A stretch of 60,074 nt of DNA from Actinomycetota bacterium (lineage in GTDB: Bacteria > Actinomycetota > UBA4738 > HRBIN12): assembly GCA_046094825.1 (NCBI GenBank), contig JBJTIF010000006.1, positions 1 through 60,074 of the forward strand, written 5' to 3'. Numbering within the stretch: the first letter of the stretch is position 1; each line of letters begins with the position of its first letter. The notes beneath the pieces were generated by a model that worked only from the letters and a program-made list of their open reading frames with translations, did no database searches and was not told the origin of the DNA. Both the position numbers and the translations under genes were made by a program. Of this stretch, positions 19,915 through 29,654 are shown piece by piece.

Positions 19915-21387
19915 TCAGCCGCCGAGCAGGGCGGAGAGCGCGGGCAGGTCGGCGAGCGCCTGCGGGTAGACGCCGATCGCGAGCACCGCGAGACTCGCGA
20001 GCACCGTGACCGCCGTCACCAGGGCGGGCCGCGCGAACGGCCGATCGGTCGTCGGGTCCGCGAGGAGCATCTGCCGCGGGACGGCGAGGTAGTAGGCGAG
20101 ACTCACGACCGAGTTCACGACCATGACGATCGCGAGGGCGATCCCGATACCCCCGCGCTCGATGGCCGCCCCGAAGATGAAGAGCTTCGCCCAGAACCCG
20201 CCCGTCGGGGGGATCCCCGCGAGGGACACCATGCAGACCGTCATCCCGATCGCGAGGAGCGGGGCGCGTCGGCCGAGGCCCGCGACATCCGAGACGAGGA
20301 GACCACGCGACTCCCGCGAGACCGCGATGACGACAGCGAACGCTCCGAGCGTCATGACGGCGTAGATGAGCACGTACGTCACGGCCGAGGAGAAGGCGGC
20401 GGCGTTCACCCGTGGGTCCGCGGAGACGAGCGCGAAGGGAAGGAGGATGTAGCCCGCCTGCGCGATGCTCGAGTACGCGAGCAGTCGCACGACCTGCCGC
20501 TGCTGGAGGGCGACGAGGTTGCCGATCGTCATCGTCGCGACCGCGAGCGCCGCGAAGACCGGCGTCCAGAACGCGTGCTGTGCGGGGAAGGCCACGAACA
20601 TCACCTGGATGAGTCCGGCGAAGCCGGCGGCCTTCGAGGCGGTCGCGAGGAAGGCCGCGACGGGGACGGGCGATCCCTCGTACGTGTCCGGCGCCCAGAA
20701 CTGGAACGGTACGGCGGACACCTTGAACGCGAAGCCCGCGACGATGAAGAGGATCCCCGCGAGGGCGAGCGCGTCCTGCCCGGCCGGCAGCGGCGTGCGG
20801 AGCGCCTCGCCGATCCCGACGAGGTCGAGCGTCCCCGTGAGCCCGTAGATCAGGCTCATGCCGTAGAGCATGACCGCGGTCGACAGGACGCCGATGAGGA
20901 AGAACTTCATCCCCGCCTCGTTCGAGCGCGGGTCGGTCTTGCGGAACGAGGCGATGAGGAACCCGGGCGCGGAGACGAGCTCGAGCGCGATGAAGAGCAT
21001 GAGGAGGTTCCGGGACGAGGGCATCATCACGCAGCCGAGGAAGGCGGTGAGGAGCAGGAAGTAGTACTCGCCCTGGTAGAACCCGCCCTCGCGCATGTAC
21101 CGGAACGACACGAGGAGCACCGTCGCCCCGACCGCGAGGAAGAACACCTTGAAGAGCACCGCGAACCCGTCGACGACGTACATCCCGTCGAACGTCGAGC
21201 GGGTCTCCCCGACGAGGAGCAGCGTCGCCCCGAGGGCGGCGAGGACGCCGAGGAGGGCGAGCGGCATGCCGAGCCACGCGCGCTTCGGGGGCAGGAACGC
21301 GTCCGCGACGAGCATGAGCACGAGCGTCGCGGACAGGATGATCTCCGGCGCGATCGCGAGGAGGTCGATCCCGGGGTTCTGCGGCAC
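19915..21387 (-). CDS. nuoN: NADH-quinone oxidoreductase subunit N, operon 2
   Basis: 490 aa, polytopic antiporter-like, with FQFWAPDTYEGSPVPVAAFL and LLAYSSIAQAGYIL motifs. It is the last gene of the truncated operon. Confidence 0.9.
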   Translation of the reverse strand: MPQNPGIDLLAIAPEIILSATLVLMLVADAFLPPKRAWLGMPLALLGVLAALGATLLLVGETRSTFDGMYVVDGFAVLFKVFFLAVGATVLLVSFRYMREGGFYQGEYYFLLLTAFLGCVMMPSSRNLLMLFIALELVSAPGFLIASFRKTDPRSNEAGMKFFLIGVLSTAVMLYGMSLIYGLTGTLDLVGIGEALRTPLPAGQDALALAGILFIVAGFAFKVSAVPFQFWAPDTYEGSPVPVAAFLATASKAAGFAGLIQVMFVAFPAQHAFWTPVFAALAVATMTIGNLVALQQRQVVRLLAYSSIAQAGYILLPFALVSADPRVNAAAFSSAVTYVLIYAVMTLGAFAVVIAVSRESRGLLVSDVAGLGRRAPLLAIGMTVCMVSLAGIPPTGGFWAKLFIFGAAIERGGIGIALAIVMVVNSVVSLAYYLAVPRQMLLADPTTDRPFARPALVTAVTVLASLAVLAIGVYPQALADLPALSALLGG

Positions 21388-21388
21388 G

Positions 21389-22927
21389 TCAGGCCCCCAG
21401 CAGGCGCACGAGCGCCTCGACCGGCCCGTCCGTCACCGCGAACACGATGCGCGGGTACAGCCCGAGGACGACGATGCCGACGAGGAGCGGCGCCCAGGCC
21501 GCCCATTCGATCGGGAGCACGTCGTCGAAGGCGGCGTCCGTCCAGCGGTCCGGAACGGTGCCCATGTTCACCCGCTGGAGCATCCAGAGGAAGTAGCCGG
21601 CGGTGAGGATCGTCCCGATGCCGCCCGCCACCATGAACACCCGGAAGAGCCCCTCGGAGAGGACGCCCGCGGGCTGGAAGGCAGACAGGAGCGACATGAC
21701 CTCGCCCCAGAACCCGGCGAGCCCCGGGAGCCCGAGGGATGCGATCGAGACGAACGCGAAGATCCCCGCGAGGAACGGCATCTTCTGCATCATGCCGCCG
21801 CCGATCTCGGCGATCTCGCGCGTGTGGTAGCGGTCGTAGAGCGAGCCGACGGTGAAGAAGAGCATCCCGGTGATGAGGCCGTGGGCAACCATCCCGAAGA
21901 TCGCCGCGTTGATCCCGATCGTCGTGAGCGTCGCGATGCCGAGCATCACGAAGCCCATGTGGCCGACCGACGAGAAGGCGATGAGCCGCTTCAGGTCACG
22001 CTGAGCGAGGCACGCGAGCGCGGCGTAGACGATCGCGATCGCGGACAGGAGCCCGATCCACGGCGCGTACGCCCGGGCGCCGTCGGGCAGGAGCGGGAGG
22101 GCGATCCGCACGAAGCCGTACGTGCCCATCTTCAGCATGATGCCGGCGAGGAGCACCGAGCCGATCGTCGGGGCCTCCGTGTGCGCGTCCGGCAGCCACG
22201 TGTGGAACGGCCACATCGGGACCTTCACCGCGAACCCGAGGGCGACCGCGCCGAAGACGACCATCTGGAACCCCGCAGGGAAGCCGCCCTGCGCGGCGAA
22301 GGCCTGGAGCTGGAGGATGTCGAAGGTGTGCGCACCGCCACCGACATCCGAGCGGAAGTACATCGCGAGGAACCCGAGCAGCATGAACACCGATCCGAAC
22401 AGGGTGTAGAGGAAGAACTTGATCGCCGCGTACTCGCGGTTCGCGCTCCCCCAGACCGCGATGAGGAAGTACATCGGCACGAGCACGAGCTCCCAGAAGA
22501 CGAAGAACAGGATGAGGTCGAAGGCGATGAACGTGCCCGCCATCCCGGTCTCAAGGAGCAGCATGAGCGCGACGAAGGCCTTCGCGTTGCCCGGCTTCGG
22601 CACGAAGCGCCAGGTGTAGATCGCGCAGAGGAACGAGAGCGCGAACGTGAGGACGAACAGGGGCATCGAGATGCCGTCGATCCCGACGTGGTACCGGGCG
22701 GAGATCGCCGGGATCCAGGAGGCGTCGACGGCGAACTGGAGGTCCCCCGGTCGCGCGTAGTCGAACCCGAACGCGATCCCGAGCGCGACGAGGAGCGCCG
22801 CACCGGTCACCGCGATCCCGAGCCCGCGCGCGAGCCGGTCCCGGCTCGCCGGGACGAGCGCGATCACGATCGCGCCCACCAGCGGCAGGAAGGTCGCGAT
22901 CGAGATCGCCCAGTCGTTCCACGTCAT
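21389..22927 (-). CDS. nuoM: NADH-quinone oxidoreductase subunit M, operon 2
   Basis: 512 aa with VKVPMWPFHTWLPDAHTEAPT and LIAFSSVGHMGFV motifs. Confidence 0.9.
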   Translation of the reverse strand: MTWNDWAISIATFLPLVGAIVIALVPASRDRLARGLGIAVTGAALLVALGIAFGFDYARPGDLQFAVDASWIPAISARYHVGIDGISMPLFVLTFALSFLCAIYTWRFVPKPGNAKAFVALMLLLETGMAGTFIAFDLILFFVFWELVLVPMYFLIAVWGSANREYAAIKFFLYTLFGSVFMLLGFLAMYFRSDVGGGAHTFDILQLQAFAAQGGFPAGFQMVVFGAVALGFAVKVPMWPFHTWLPDAHTEAPTIGSVLLAGIMLKMGTYGFVRIALPLLPDGARAYAPWIGLLSAIAIVYAALACLAQRDLKRLIAFSSVGHMGFVMLGIATLTTIGINAAIFGMVAHGLITGMLFFTVGSLYDRYHTREIAEIGGGMMQKMPFLAGIFAFVSIASLGLPGLAGFWGEVMSLLSAFQPAGVLSEGLFRVFMVAGGIGTILTAGYFLWMLQRVNMGTVPDRWTDAAFDDVLPIEWAAWAPLLVGIVVLGLYPRIVFAVTDGPVEALVRLLGA

Positions 22928-22949
22928 GCCGTTCCCCCTCTGTCTCTCG

Positions 22950-24923
22950 TCAGACCCGCGTGAAGATGATGGCCAGGATCACCAGGCCGGTGAAGAGGAA
23001 CGCCGCGTAGCGCTGGACGTTCCCCGACTGCACGTACCGGAGCACCCCTCCGACGAACCCGAACACCCCTGCGGTGCCGTTCACCGCGCGATCGATGAGC
23101 CCCCGGTCGACCGCCATGACGGCGACCGAGGCCCGCCGCGCGGAGGTGGCCGCGCCGTTCACGATCCGGTCGAGGATCTGCTGGTTCGACCGGTAGACCG
23201 CGGCCGACGCGCGATCGCGGATCGGGAAGACGAGGCCACGCAGGTACACGTCGTCGAGGTAGTACTTCCGCTGGAGCACCCGCGCGAACGCGCCGAGACG
23301 GAACACCGGGTCGGGATCGCGGCGCTCGCGGTAGAGCCGCCAGCCGGCGCCGATGCCCGCGAGCGCCGCGGCGATCGAGACCGCCGCGACCCACGGGACG
23401 AAGAGGTGCTCCTCGTGCTCGCCGAAGTAGACCCAGTCGCCGAACACCGCGCCGAGCTGCGGGGCGCCGAGGAACCCGACGGAGACCGCGGCGGCGGCGA
23501 GGGCGATGAGCGGGCCCGTCATCGTCGCCGGAGACTCGTGCGGGTGACCCTGCCCGCGGTACGTGCCCGAGAACGTGAGGAGCACGGCGCGGGTCATGTA
23601 GAACGCGGTGAGGACTGCCGTCACGAGGAGCACGACGAACAGGACCGGGTGACCCTCCTTCGCGGCGACGACGAGGAGCTCGTCCTTCGACCAGAAGCCC
23701 GCGAGCGGCGGGACCCCTGCGAGGGCCACGGAGCCGATGAGGAACGTCCAGTACGTCCTCGGCATCGGACCCTTCAGGCCGCCCATGTCCGACATGTTGT
23801 TCGAGTGCGCGGCGTGGATCACCGAGCCCGCCCCGAGGAACAGGAGCGCCTTGAAGAACGCGTGGGTGAAGAGGTGGAAGAACCCGGCGGTGCGACCGCC
23901 CGGGCCCATCGACATGCCCGCGACCATGTACGCGAGCTGCGAGATCGTCGAGTACGCGAGGACCTTCTTGATGTCGTCTTGGACGAGCGCGAGGAGCGCC
24001 GCGCCGAGCATCGTGATCCCGCCGACGATGCCGACGACCTGGAGGACCGCCGCTCCGGCGTGCACGAAGACCTCGTACATCCGGCCGACGAGGTACACAC
24101 CGGCGGCGACCATCGTCGCCGCGTGGATGAGCGCCGAGACGGGCGTCGGACCGGCCATCGCGTCCGGCAGCCACACGTGGAGCGGGAACTGCGCGGACTT
24201 GCCGATCGTCCCCCCGAAGAGCAGGAGGGCGGCGGCCGCGACGAGCGCGGTCGAGAGCTCGCCCGACGCGACCTGCTCGCCGATCTCCGCGATGTTCGAC
24301 GTCCGCATCCCCGTGGCGGCGACGAGGACGAAGATCCCGAACATGAAGGGGATGTCGCCGACCCGCGTCGTGAGGAAGGCCTTCATCGCGGCGTTCGAGT
24401 TCGCCTTCTCCTCCCACCAGTGACCGATGAGGAGGTACGAGCAGACGCCCATGATCTCCCACCCGAGGAGGAGCTGGAAGAGGTTGTCGGCGATGACGAC
24501 GTTCAGCATCGCCCCGGTGAAGAGCGAGAGCACGACGTAGAACCACGTGAACCGCGCATCGCCGTGCATGTACCCGAGCGAGTACACGTGGACGCAGAGC
24601 GAGACCGAGGTGACGACGACGAGCATCACGGCCGTGAGGCCATCGATGTACTGCCCGACCGTCATCTCGAGGGGGCCGACCGAGAACCACGGGAGGGACG
24701 CCCCGGCGGGGCCGCCGCCCTGCACGAAGTGCCAGAGGATCCCGAGCGACAGGAGGAACGCCGCCCCGATCGCGAGGATGCCGTAGATCGGACCCTTCCC
24801 CGGGGTGCGCCTGCCGAGCGTGAGCGTGAGCACCGCGGACACGAACGGGAGGAGCACGACGAGCCAGGCGTTCGCGAGGAAGAAGCCCGGGTCGGTCGCG
24901 ATCGCGGTCTCAGCGCCTACCAC
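22950..24923 (-). CDS. nuoL: NADH-quinone oxidoreductase subunit L, operon 2
   Basis: 657 aa with [16 protein letters not shown] and [25 protein letters not shown] long C-terminal amphipathic segment plus a final TM corresponds to the lateral helix. Confidence 0.9.
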   Translation of the reverse strand: MVGAETAIATDPGFFLANAWLVVLLPFVSAVLTLTLGRRTPGKGPIYGILAIGAAFLLSLGILWHFVQGGGPAGASLPWFSVGPLEMTVGQYIDGLTAVMLVVVTSVSLCVHVYSLGYMHGDARFTWFYVVLSLFTGAMLNVVIADNLFQLLLGWEIMGVCSYLLIGHWWEEKANSNAAMKAFLTTRVGDIPFMFGIFVLVAATGMRTSNIAEIGEQVASGELSTALVAAAALLLFGGTIGKSAQFPLHVWLPDAMAGPTPVSALIHAATMVAAGVYLVGRMYEVFVHAGAAVLQVVGIVGGITMLGAALLALVQDDIKKVLAYSTISQLAYMVAGMSMGPGGRTAGFFHLFTHAFFKALLFLGAGSVIHAAHSNNMSDMGGLKGPMPRTYWTFLIGSVALAGVPPLAGFWSKDELLVVAAKEGHPVLFVVLLVTAVLTAFYMTRAVLLTFSGTYRGQGHPHESPATMTGPLIALAAAAVSVGFLGAPQLGAVFGDWVYFGEHEEHLFVPWVAAVSIAAALAGIGAGWRLYRERRDPDPVFRLGAFARVLQRKYYLDDVYLRGLVFPIRDRASAAVYRSNQQILDRIVNGAATSARRASVAVMAVDRGLIDRAVNGTAGVFGFVGGVLRYVQSGNVQRYAAFLFTGLVILAIIFTRV

Positions 24924-25219
24924 CGGAGGAGGTTCACCTCGTCCACGTTGATCGTCTCCCGGTTGCGGTAGATGAGGATCACGATCGCGAGCCCGATGCC
25001 CACCTCGGCGGCGGCCACGGCGATCACGAAGAGCGCGAAGGCCTGGCCGGCGAGGTCGCCGAGCTGCGCGGCGAAGGCGACGAGGTTCACGTTCACGGCG
25101 TTCAGCATGAGCTCGATCGACATGAGGACGAGGACGGCGTTGCGCCGCGCGAGGACCCCGTAGACGCCGACGGCGAAGAGGGCCGCGGAGAACAGGAGCG
25201 GGAGCGCGAGGCGGATCAC
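24917..25219 (-). CDS. nuoK: NADH-quinone oxidoreductase subunit K, operon 2
   Basis: GTG at 25219 (GTGA overlap with the nuoJ stop). 100 aa with 3 TM and [17 protein letters not shown]. Confidence 0.85.
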   Translation of the reverse strand: MIRLALPLLFSAALFAVGVYGVLARRNAVLVLMSIELMLNAVNVNLVAFAAQLGDLAGQAFALFVIAVAAAEVGIGLAIVILIYRNRETINVDEVNLLRW

Positions 25220-25716
25220 GGGCGGTCGTCCTTGCGGGAGAGGACGACGGCGCCGATTAGCGCCGCGAGGAGGAGGAACGAGATCGCCTCGAACGGCAGG
25301 ACGAAGTCCCGGAAGATCGCGGCCCCGATGTCGCCGGTCGAGGTGACCGTGCCGCCGCCGACCGCAGCCTCGGTGCCGAACGCGCCGACGAGGAGGAACG
25401 CGAGCCCGACGAGGATCGCGCCGGCGACGGCGACCGCGAGGCCCCGGCTCTGGTTGTCGAGCACCTCGCGCCCGATCGGCGCCTTCGTGAGCATGAGCCC
25501 GAAGAGGAAGAGGATCACGATCGCCCCGACGTAGATGAGGATCTGCACCCACGCGAGGAACTCGGCGCCGAGCAGGAGGTACGCGACGGCCATCGACGCG
25601 AGTGCGACGACGAGGGAGAGCGCGGCGTGGACGACGTTGCGCGCGGTCACGAGCCGGATGCCGCCCGCGACGCCGATCGCGGCCACGATCGAGAACGCGA
25701 TCTCCGCGCCGCTCAC
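25216..25716 (-). CDS. nuoJ: NADH-quinone oxidoreductase subunit J, operon 2
   Basis: GTG at 25716 (GTGA overlap with the nuoI stop). 166 aa with [26 protein letters not shown]. Confidence 0.85.
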   Translation of the reverse strand: MSGAEIAFSIVAAIGVAGGIRLVTARNVVHAALSLVVALASMAVAYLLLGAEFLAWVQILIYVGAIVILFLFGLMLTKAPIGREVLDNQSRGLAVAVAGAILVGLAFLLVGAFGTEAAVGGGTVTSTGDIGAAIFRDFVLPFEAISFLLLAALIGAVVLSRKDDRP

Positions 25717-26246
25717 GCGTCCTCCCCGGCGGGCCGCTCGGCGCCGACCTCGAGCTCGGGCGGCGGCAGGACGGTGTACGTCCAGGACTCGAGCTTCTCC
25801 TTCTCGTGGAGGAGCTCGGAGATGCCGTACTCGCTGTACTCGAACTCCGGGCTCCAGAAGAGCGCGTCGAACGGACAGACCTCGACGCAGATGCCGCAGT
25901 ACATGCAGAGCGAGTAGTCGATCGCGAACCGATCGAGGACCTTCACCGACCGGGCCTTGCCGCCGGAGGCGGGCTCGTGGGACTCCTTGTGGGCGTCGAT
26001 GTAGATGCACCAGTCCGGGCACTCGCGCGAGCACTTGTAGCAGACGGTGCAGTTGGCCTCCTTGAGGGCGATGACGCCGCGGGTCCGCGCCGGGAGGTCG
26101 GGCTTCACGTCGGGGTACGACTGCGTCACCGCGGGGCGCAGGAGGTGTCGGAGCGTCACCATGAGGCCCTTCAGGAGGCCGAGCCCCTTGCCGTCAGGCA
26201 GCTCCTGCTCGTCCATCGGCCGCACGTGTCGCTCGTCGATCGCCAT
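25713..26246 (-). CDS. nuoI: NADH-quinone oxidoreductase subunit I, operon 2
   Basis: ATG at 26246. 177 aa with two 4Fe-4S motifs, [12 protein letters not shown] and [12 protein letters not shown]. Confidence 0.9.
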   Translation of the reverse strand: MAIDERHVRPMDEQELPDGKGLGLLKGLMVTLRHLLRPAVTQSYPDVKPDLPARTRGVIALKEANCTVCYKCSRECPDWCIYIDAHKESHEPASGGKARSVKVLDRFAIDYSLCMYCGICVEVCPFDALFWSPEFEYSEYGISELLHEKEKLESWTYTVLPPPELEVGAERPAGEDA

Positions 26247-26254
26247 CGTGCCCC

Positions 26255-27253
26255 CTACACCGCGACCTTGAGGATCGCCACGACGAGGATCTGCACGAGC
26301 GCGAGCGGGATGAGCGCGAGCCACGAGAACCGCTGGAGCTGGTCCTCGCGGAGCCGCGGGTAGGCGGTCCGCAACCAGATGATGAAGAACGAGAGGAGCC
26401 CGATCTTCGCGGCCATCCAGAGCGGCGCGGGGACCGCGCCGAGGAACGGCAGCGCCTGGTAGCCGCCGAGGAACAGCACGGACGCGATCGCGGAGAGGCC
26501 GACGATCCCCGCGTACTCCGCGAGGAGGAAGAACGCGAACTTCAGCCCCGTGTACTCCGTGAAGGCCCCGAAGATGATCTCCGAGTCGGCGATCGGCATG
26601 TCGAACGGCGGCCGGGTGAGCTCGGCGACCGACGCGATGAGGAAGATCGCGAACCCGATCGGCTGCGTGAGGACGAACCAGACGCTGTCCTGCGCCTCGG
26701 TGATGCCGATGAGGGAGAGCGTGCCCGCCTGCATGACGACGGCCGCCGCGGCGAGGACGAGCGGGAGCTCGTAGGCGATGAGCTGGGCCGCCGCGCGGAG
26801 CGCGCCGATGAGCGAGAACTTGTTCGCGGAGGCCCAGCCCGCCATGAGGACGCCGATCACGTTCACCGAGGTGATCGCCATGACGAAGAAGATCCCGATG
26901 TCGAGGTTCAGGATGAAGATCTGGTCGGAGAACGGGATCACGACGAAGAGCGCCATGTAGGGGACGAGCGCGACCGCCGGCGCGAGCGAGAACACGAGCC
27001 CGTCGGCGGCCTTCGGGATCACGTCCTCCTTCTGGACGAACTTCACGCCGTCCGCGACGAGCTGCGCCCACCCGTGGAAGCCGCCGGCCTCCATCGGTCC
27101 GAAGCGCGACTGCGAGTGCGCGAGGACCTTGTGCTCGACGTAGCCGACGAGGAGCGGCGCGACGAGGAAGAACCCGATCACGACGAGCGCCTTCACGACG
27201 ATGACGAGGCCCACGGGGCCGATGCCGTCGAGGAATCCGGTCGCGGAGATCAT
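26255..27253 (-). CDS. nuoH: NADH-quinone oxidoreductase subunit H, operon 2
   Basis: ATG at 27253 overlaps the nuoC stop (ATGA). 332 aa with [17 protein letters not shown] and LLAEYAGIV motifs. Confidence 0.9.
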   Translation of the reverse strand: MISATGFLDGIGPVGLVIVVKALVVIGFFLVAPLLVGYVEHKVLAHSQSRFGPMEAGGFHGWAQLVADGVKFVQKEDVIPKAADGLVFSLAPAVALVPYMALFVVIPFSDQIFILNLDIGIFFVMAITSVNVIGVLMAGWASANKFSLIGALRAAAQLIAYELPLVLAAAAVVMQAGTLSLIGITEAQDSVWFVLTQPIGFAIFLIASVAELTRPPFDMPIADSEIIFGAFTEYTGLKFAFFLLAEYAGIVGLSAIASVLFLGGYQALPFLGAVPAPLWMAAKIGLLSFFIIWLRTAYPRLREDQLQRFSWLALIPLALVQILVVAILKVAV

Positions 27254-27780
27254 TCCTCCTCGTCCTCCTCGCCTTCTCCTTCGGCGGCGCCGGGCCACGG
27301 CTTCGCGACGCGGCTCATGAGGGCGAAGTCCTTCCGCATCGGGAAGCCCTCGAACTGCTCGGGGAGCAGGAGCTTCACGGGCTCGGGATGCCCGACGACG
27401 TCGATGCCGAACATCTCCATGCACTCGCGCTCGTGCCAGTCCGCCGTCGGGTAGAGGTCGGAGATCGTCGCGATCGCCGGGGCCTCGCGGGGCAGGAGGA
27501 CCTTCACGCGAGCGCCGTGGTGGCGGGTCGTGGAGGCGAGGTGGGTCACGATCTCGAACCCATCGGCCTGCCGATCGACGACGGTCACGAAATCGCAGAA
27601 GTCGCACGCGAGCTCGGGGTCGTCGCGCAGGAACGCGATCGTCTCGTGGTACCGGGGTCCGGTCACCCGCACGACGGCGTGCCCGTGCTGCTCGTCGGCC
27701 TCGAGCAGCTCGTCGCCGAAGCGCGCGCGCAGCCGGGCCGCGATGTCAGGAGCCGACAGCGGGCGCGGCGTGCTTGCCAC
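27250..27780 (-). CDS. nuoC: NADH-quinone oxidoreductase subunit C (30-kDa), operon 2; not a NuoCD fusion
   Basis: 176 aa from a GTG start, with [14 protein letters not shown] and PMRKDF motifs and an acidic tail [12 protein letters not shown]. It is followed immediately by nuoH. Confidence 0.85.
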   Translation of the reverse strand: MASTPRPLSAPDIAARLRARFGDELLEADEQHGHAVVRVTGPRYHETIAFLRDDPELACDFCDFVTVVDRQADGFEIVTHLASTTRHHGARVKVLLPREAPAIATISDLYPTADWHERECMEMFGIDVVGHPEPVKLLLPEQFEGFPMRKDFALMSRVAKPWPGAAEGEGEEDEEE

Positions 27781-28261
27781 TCCACTTCTCCCTGATGTCC
27801 TCGTTCTTGATCTTCTCCTGGAGGAGCACGATCCCCTGGATCAGCGCCTCCGGGCGGGGCGGGCACCCCGGCACGTACACGTCCACGGGGACGATCTGGT
27901 CGACGCCCTTCGTCACCGAGTACGAGTCCCAGTACGGCCCGCCGCAGTTCGCGCACGAGCCCATCGAGATGACGTACTTCGGGTCAGGCATCTGGTCGTA
28001 CACCCGCTTCAGCGCCGGGGCCATCTTGTCCGTGAGCGTCCCGGCGACGACGAGGAGGTCCGCCTGCCGCGGCCCGTGCGCGAACGGGATGACACCGAGC
28101 CGCATGAAGTCGTGCTTCGAGGTCGAGGCGGCGATGAACTCGATCGCGCAGCAGGCGAGCCCGAAGTTCATCACCCACAGGGAGTAGCGGCGCCCCCAGT
28201 TCAGGAGGAACTTCACCGGCTGGATCGACGCGAGCGGCGTCTTCTCGGTGATCAGGCCCAC
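27746..28261 (-). CDS. nuoB: NADH-quinone oxidoreductase subunit B, operon 2
   Basis: GTG at 28261 in ORF 27746..28672. All N2-cluster ligand motifs are present: [25 protein letters not shown]. Confidence 0.9.
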   Translation of the reverse strand: MGLITEKTPLASIQPVKFLLNWGRRYSLWVMNFGLACCAIEFIAASTSKHDFMRLGVIPFAHGPRQADLLVVAGTLTDKMAPALKRVYDQMPDPKYVISMGSCANCGGPYWDSYSVTKGVDQIVPVDVYVPGCPPRPEALIQGIVLLQEKIKNEDIREKWSGKHAAPAVGS

Positions 28262-28617
28262 CGGAGCACCCCCTTGCGCCACGCGTAGAGGAGCCCGGTC
28301 GCGAGGATCGCGATGAAGACGACCATCTCGATCACCGCCTGCCAGCCGAGGCTCTCGAAGACGCGGGCCCACGGGAAGAGGAACACGGCCTCGACGTCGA
28401 AGATCACGAAGAGGAAGCCGTAGACGTAGTACCGGACCTGGCTCTGCGCCCACCCCTCGCCGACGGGGTCGATCCCGCACTCGTAGGTCGTGAGCTTCGC
28501 CGGGAGCGGTCGCCGGGGGGCGATGAGCCGCGCGGCGAGGAAGGCGACCCCGACGAGGCCCGCGCCCGCGATGAGCACGGCGAGCACGACGGCGTAGGAC
28601 TCGAGGTACGGCGTCAT
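28252..28617 (-). CDS. nuoA: NADH-quinone oxidoreductase subunit A, operon 2
   Basis: 121 aa with 3 TM and YECGIDP and [12 protein letters not shown] motifs. The ATG overlaps the stop of the upstream polyprenyl synthase (ATGA). Confidence 0.9.
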   Translation of the reverse strand: MTPYLESYAVVLAVLIAGAGLVGVAFLAARLIAPRRPLPAKLTTYECGIDPVGEGWAQSQVRYYVYGFLFVIFDVEAVFLFPWARVFESLGWQAVIEMVVFIAILATGLLYAWRKGVLRWA

Positions 28618-29654
28618 CCGGTCGTCTCCCCCACGGTCGGGCGGAGTCTATCGGCCCCTCCCGCCTCCGCACCGCACCGGGACGCGAGGAACCGCGCGAG
28701 GTCGCCGAGCGCCCGGGTCGCGACCCCCGCGGGGAGGCGCTCGGCGAGGGCGACGGCCCGCTCCACCTCGGCCGAGACGGCGCGGCGGGCGTCGCCCAGG
28801 ACGGCCTCGGATCGCACGATCTCGAGCGCCCGATCCCTCCGCGGCCCCTGCGGCGGAGCGTCCCGGAGCAGGTCGGCGAGTTCGGCCCCGTCCGGACCGC
28901 GGAGCCCGAGCAGGACCGGGAGGGTGTAGACGCCCTCGTCGAGGTCGACGCCGGGTTCCTTGCCGAGGACCTCCGCCGAGGCGGTGAGGTCCATGATGTC
29001 GTCGGAGAGCTGGAAGGCCATCCCGAGCGCCTCGCCGAAGGCCTCGAGCGTGTCGAGGTGCTCCCGGGGCGCGTCGGAGACCATGCCCCCGAGCCGACAC
29101 GACGTCGCGGTGAGCACCGCCGTCTTGCGACGGATGATCTCGAGGTACGCCTCGGTGGACTGCTCGATCCGCCCCGACGCCTCCACCTCGCGGATCTGAC
29201 CGTCGCAGAGCGTCGCGATCGTCCGCGCGAGGAGCGCCGAGATGTCCGTCCCGAGCTCGGTCGAGATCTCGGAGGCCCGGGCGAAGAGGTAGTCCCCCGT
29301 GAGGATCGCCACCGTGTTCGACCAGCGAGCGTTCACGCTCGGCGTGCCGCGCCGCGAGTCCGCCTCGTCGATCACGTCGTCGTGGTACAGCGTCGCGAGG
29401 TGGACGAGCTCGATCGCGACCGCGCCGGGGACGAGCCGGGGATCCGTCGGATCGCCGACGTAGCCGGACAGGAGCACGAGCATCGGTCGGAACCGCTTGC
29501 CGCCGGCGGCGAGGAGGTACTGCGAGGTCTCGGCGAGGAGCCCCGCGTCGGCGCGTACCGCCTTCTCGAGCGCCGTCTCGACCTCCTCGAGCCGCGCGCG
29601 GACGTCGCGCTCGAGCACCGGGTCGGGCGACGCGAGGCCGGGGAGCGTCACCAT
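28614..29654 (-). CDS. Polyprenyl diphosphate synthase (long-chain trans-IPPS, quinone side-chain type)
   Basis: ATG at 29654 within ORF 28614..30413. 346 aa with [12 protein letters not shown] and [12 protein letters not shown] plus [11 protein letters not shown]. It overlaps the nuoN(1) stop and the nuoA(2) start. Confidence 0.85.
   Translation of the reverse strand: MVTLPGLASPDPVLERDVRARLEEVETALEKAVRADAGLLAETSQYLLAAGGKRFRPMLVLLSGYVGDPTDPRLVPGAVAIELVHLATLYHDDVIDEADSRRGTPSVNARWSNTVAILTGDYLFARASEISTELGTDISALLARTIATLCDGQIREVEASGRIEQSTEAYLEIIRRKTAVLTATSCRLGGMVSDAPREHLDTLEAFGEALGMAFQLSDDIMDLTASAEVLGKEPGVDLDEGVYTLPVLLGLRGPDGAELADLLRDAPPQGPRRDRALEIVRSEAVLGDARRAVSAEVERAVALAERLPAGVATRALGDLARFLASRCGAEAGGADRLRPTVGETTG

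Noticed and set aside
20575-24971. Long plus-strand ORFs (20575..21606, 21095..22963, 22926..24971) opposite nuoN2/M2/L2
   Set aside because: They are highly charged Arg/Glu/Asp/Pro-rich translations antisense to hydrophobic membrane-protein genes. This is the mirror of Leu/Ala/Val codons, so they are artefacts.
27250-27780. NuoC2 as a fused NuoCD that would explain the missing nuoD
   Set aside because: The ORF is only 176 aa, ends in an acidic tail and overlaps the nuoH2 start. No NuoD motif (for example GPQHPSTHG) appears in any frame that I read between 27.2 and 28.3 kb.
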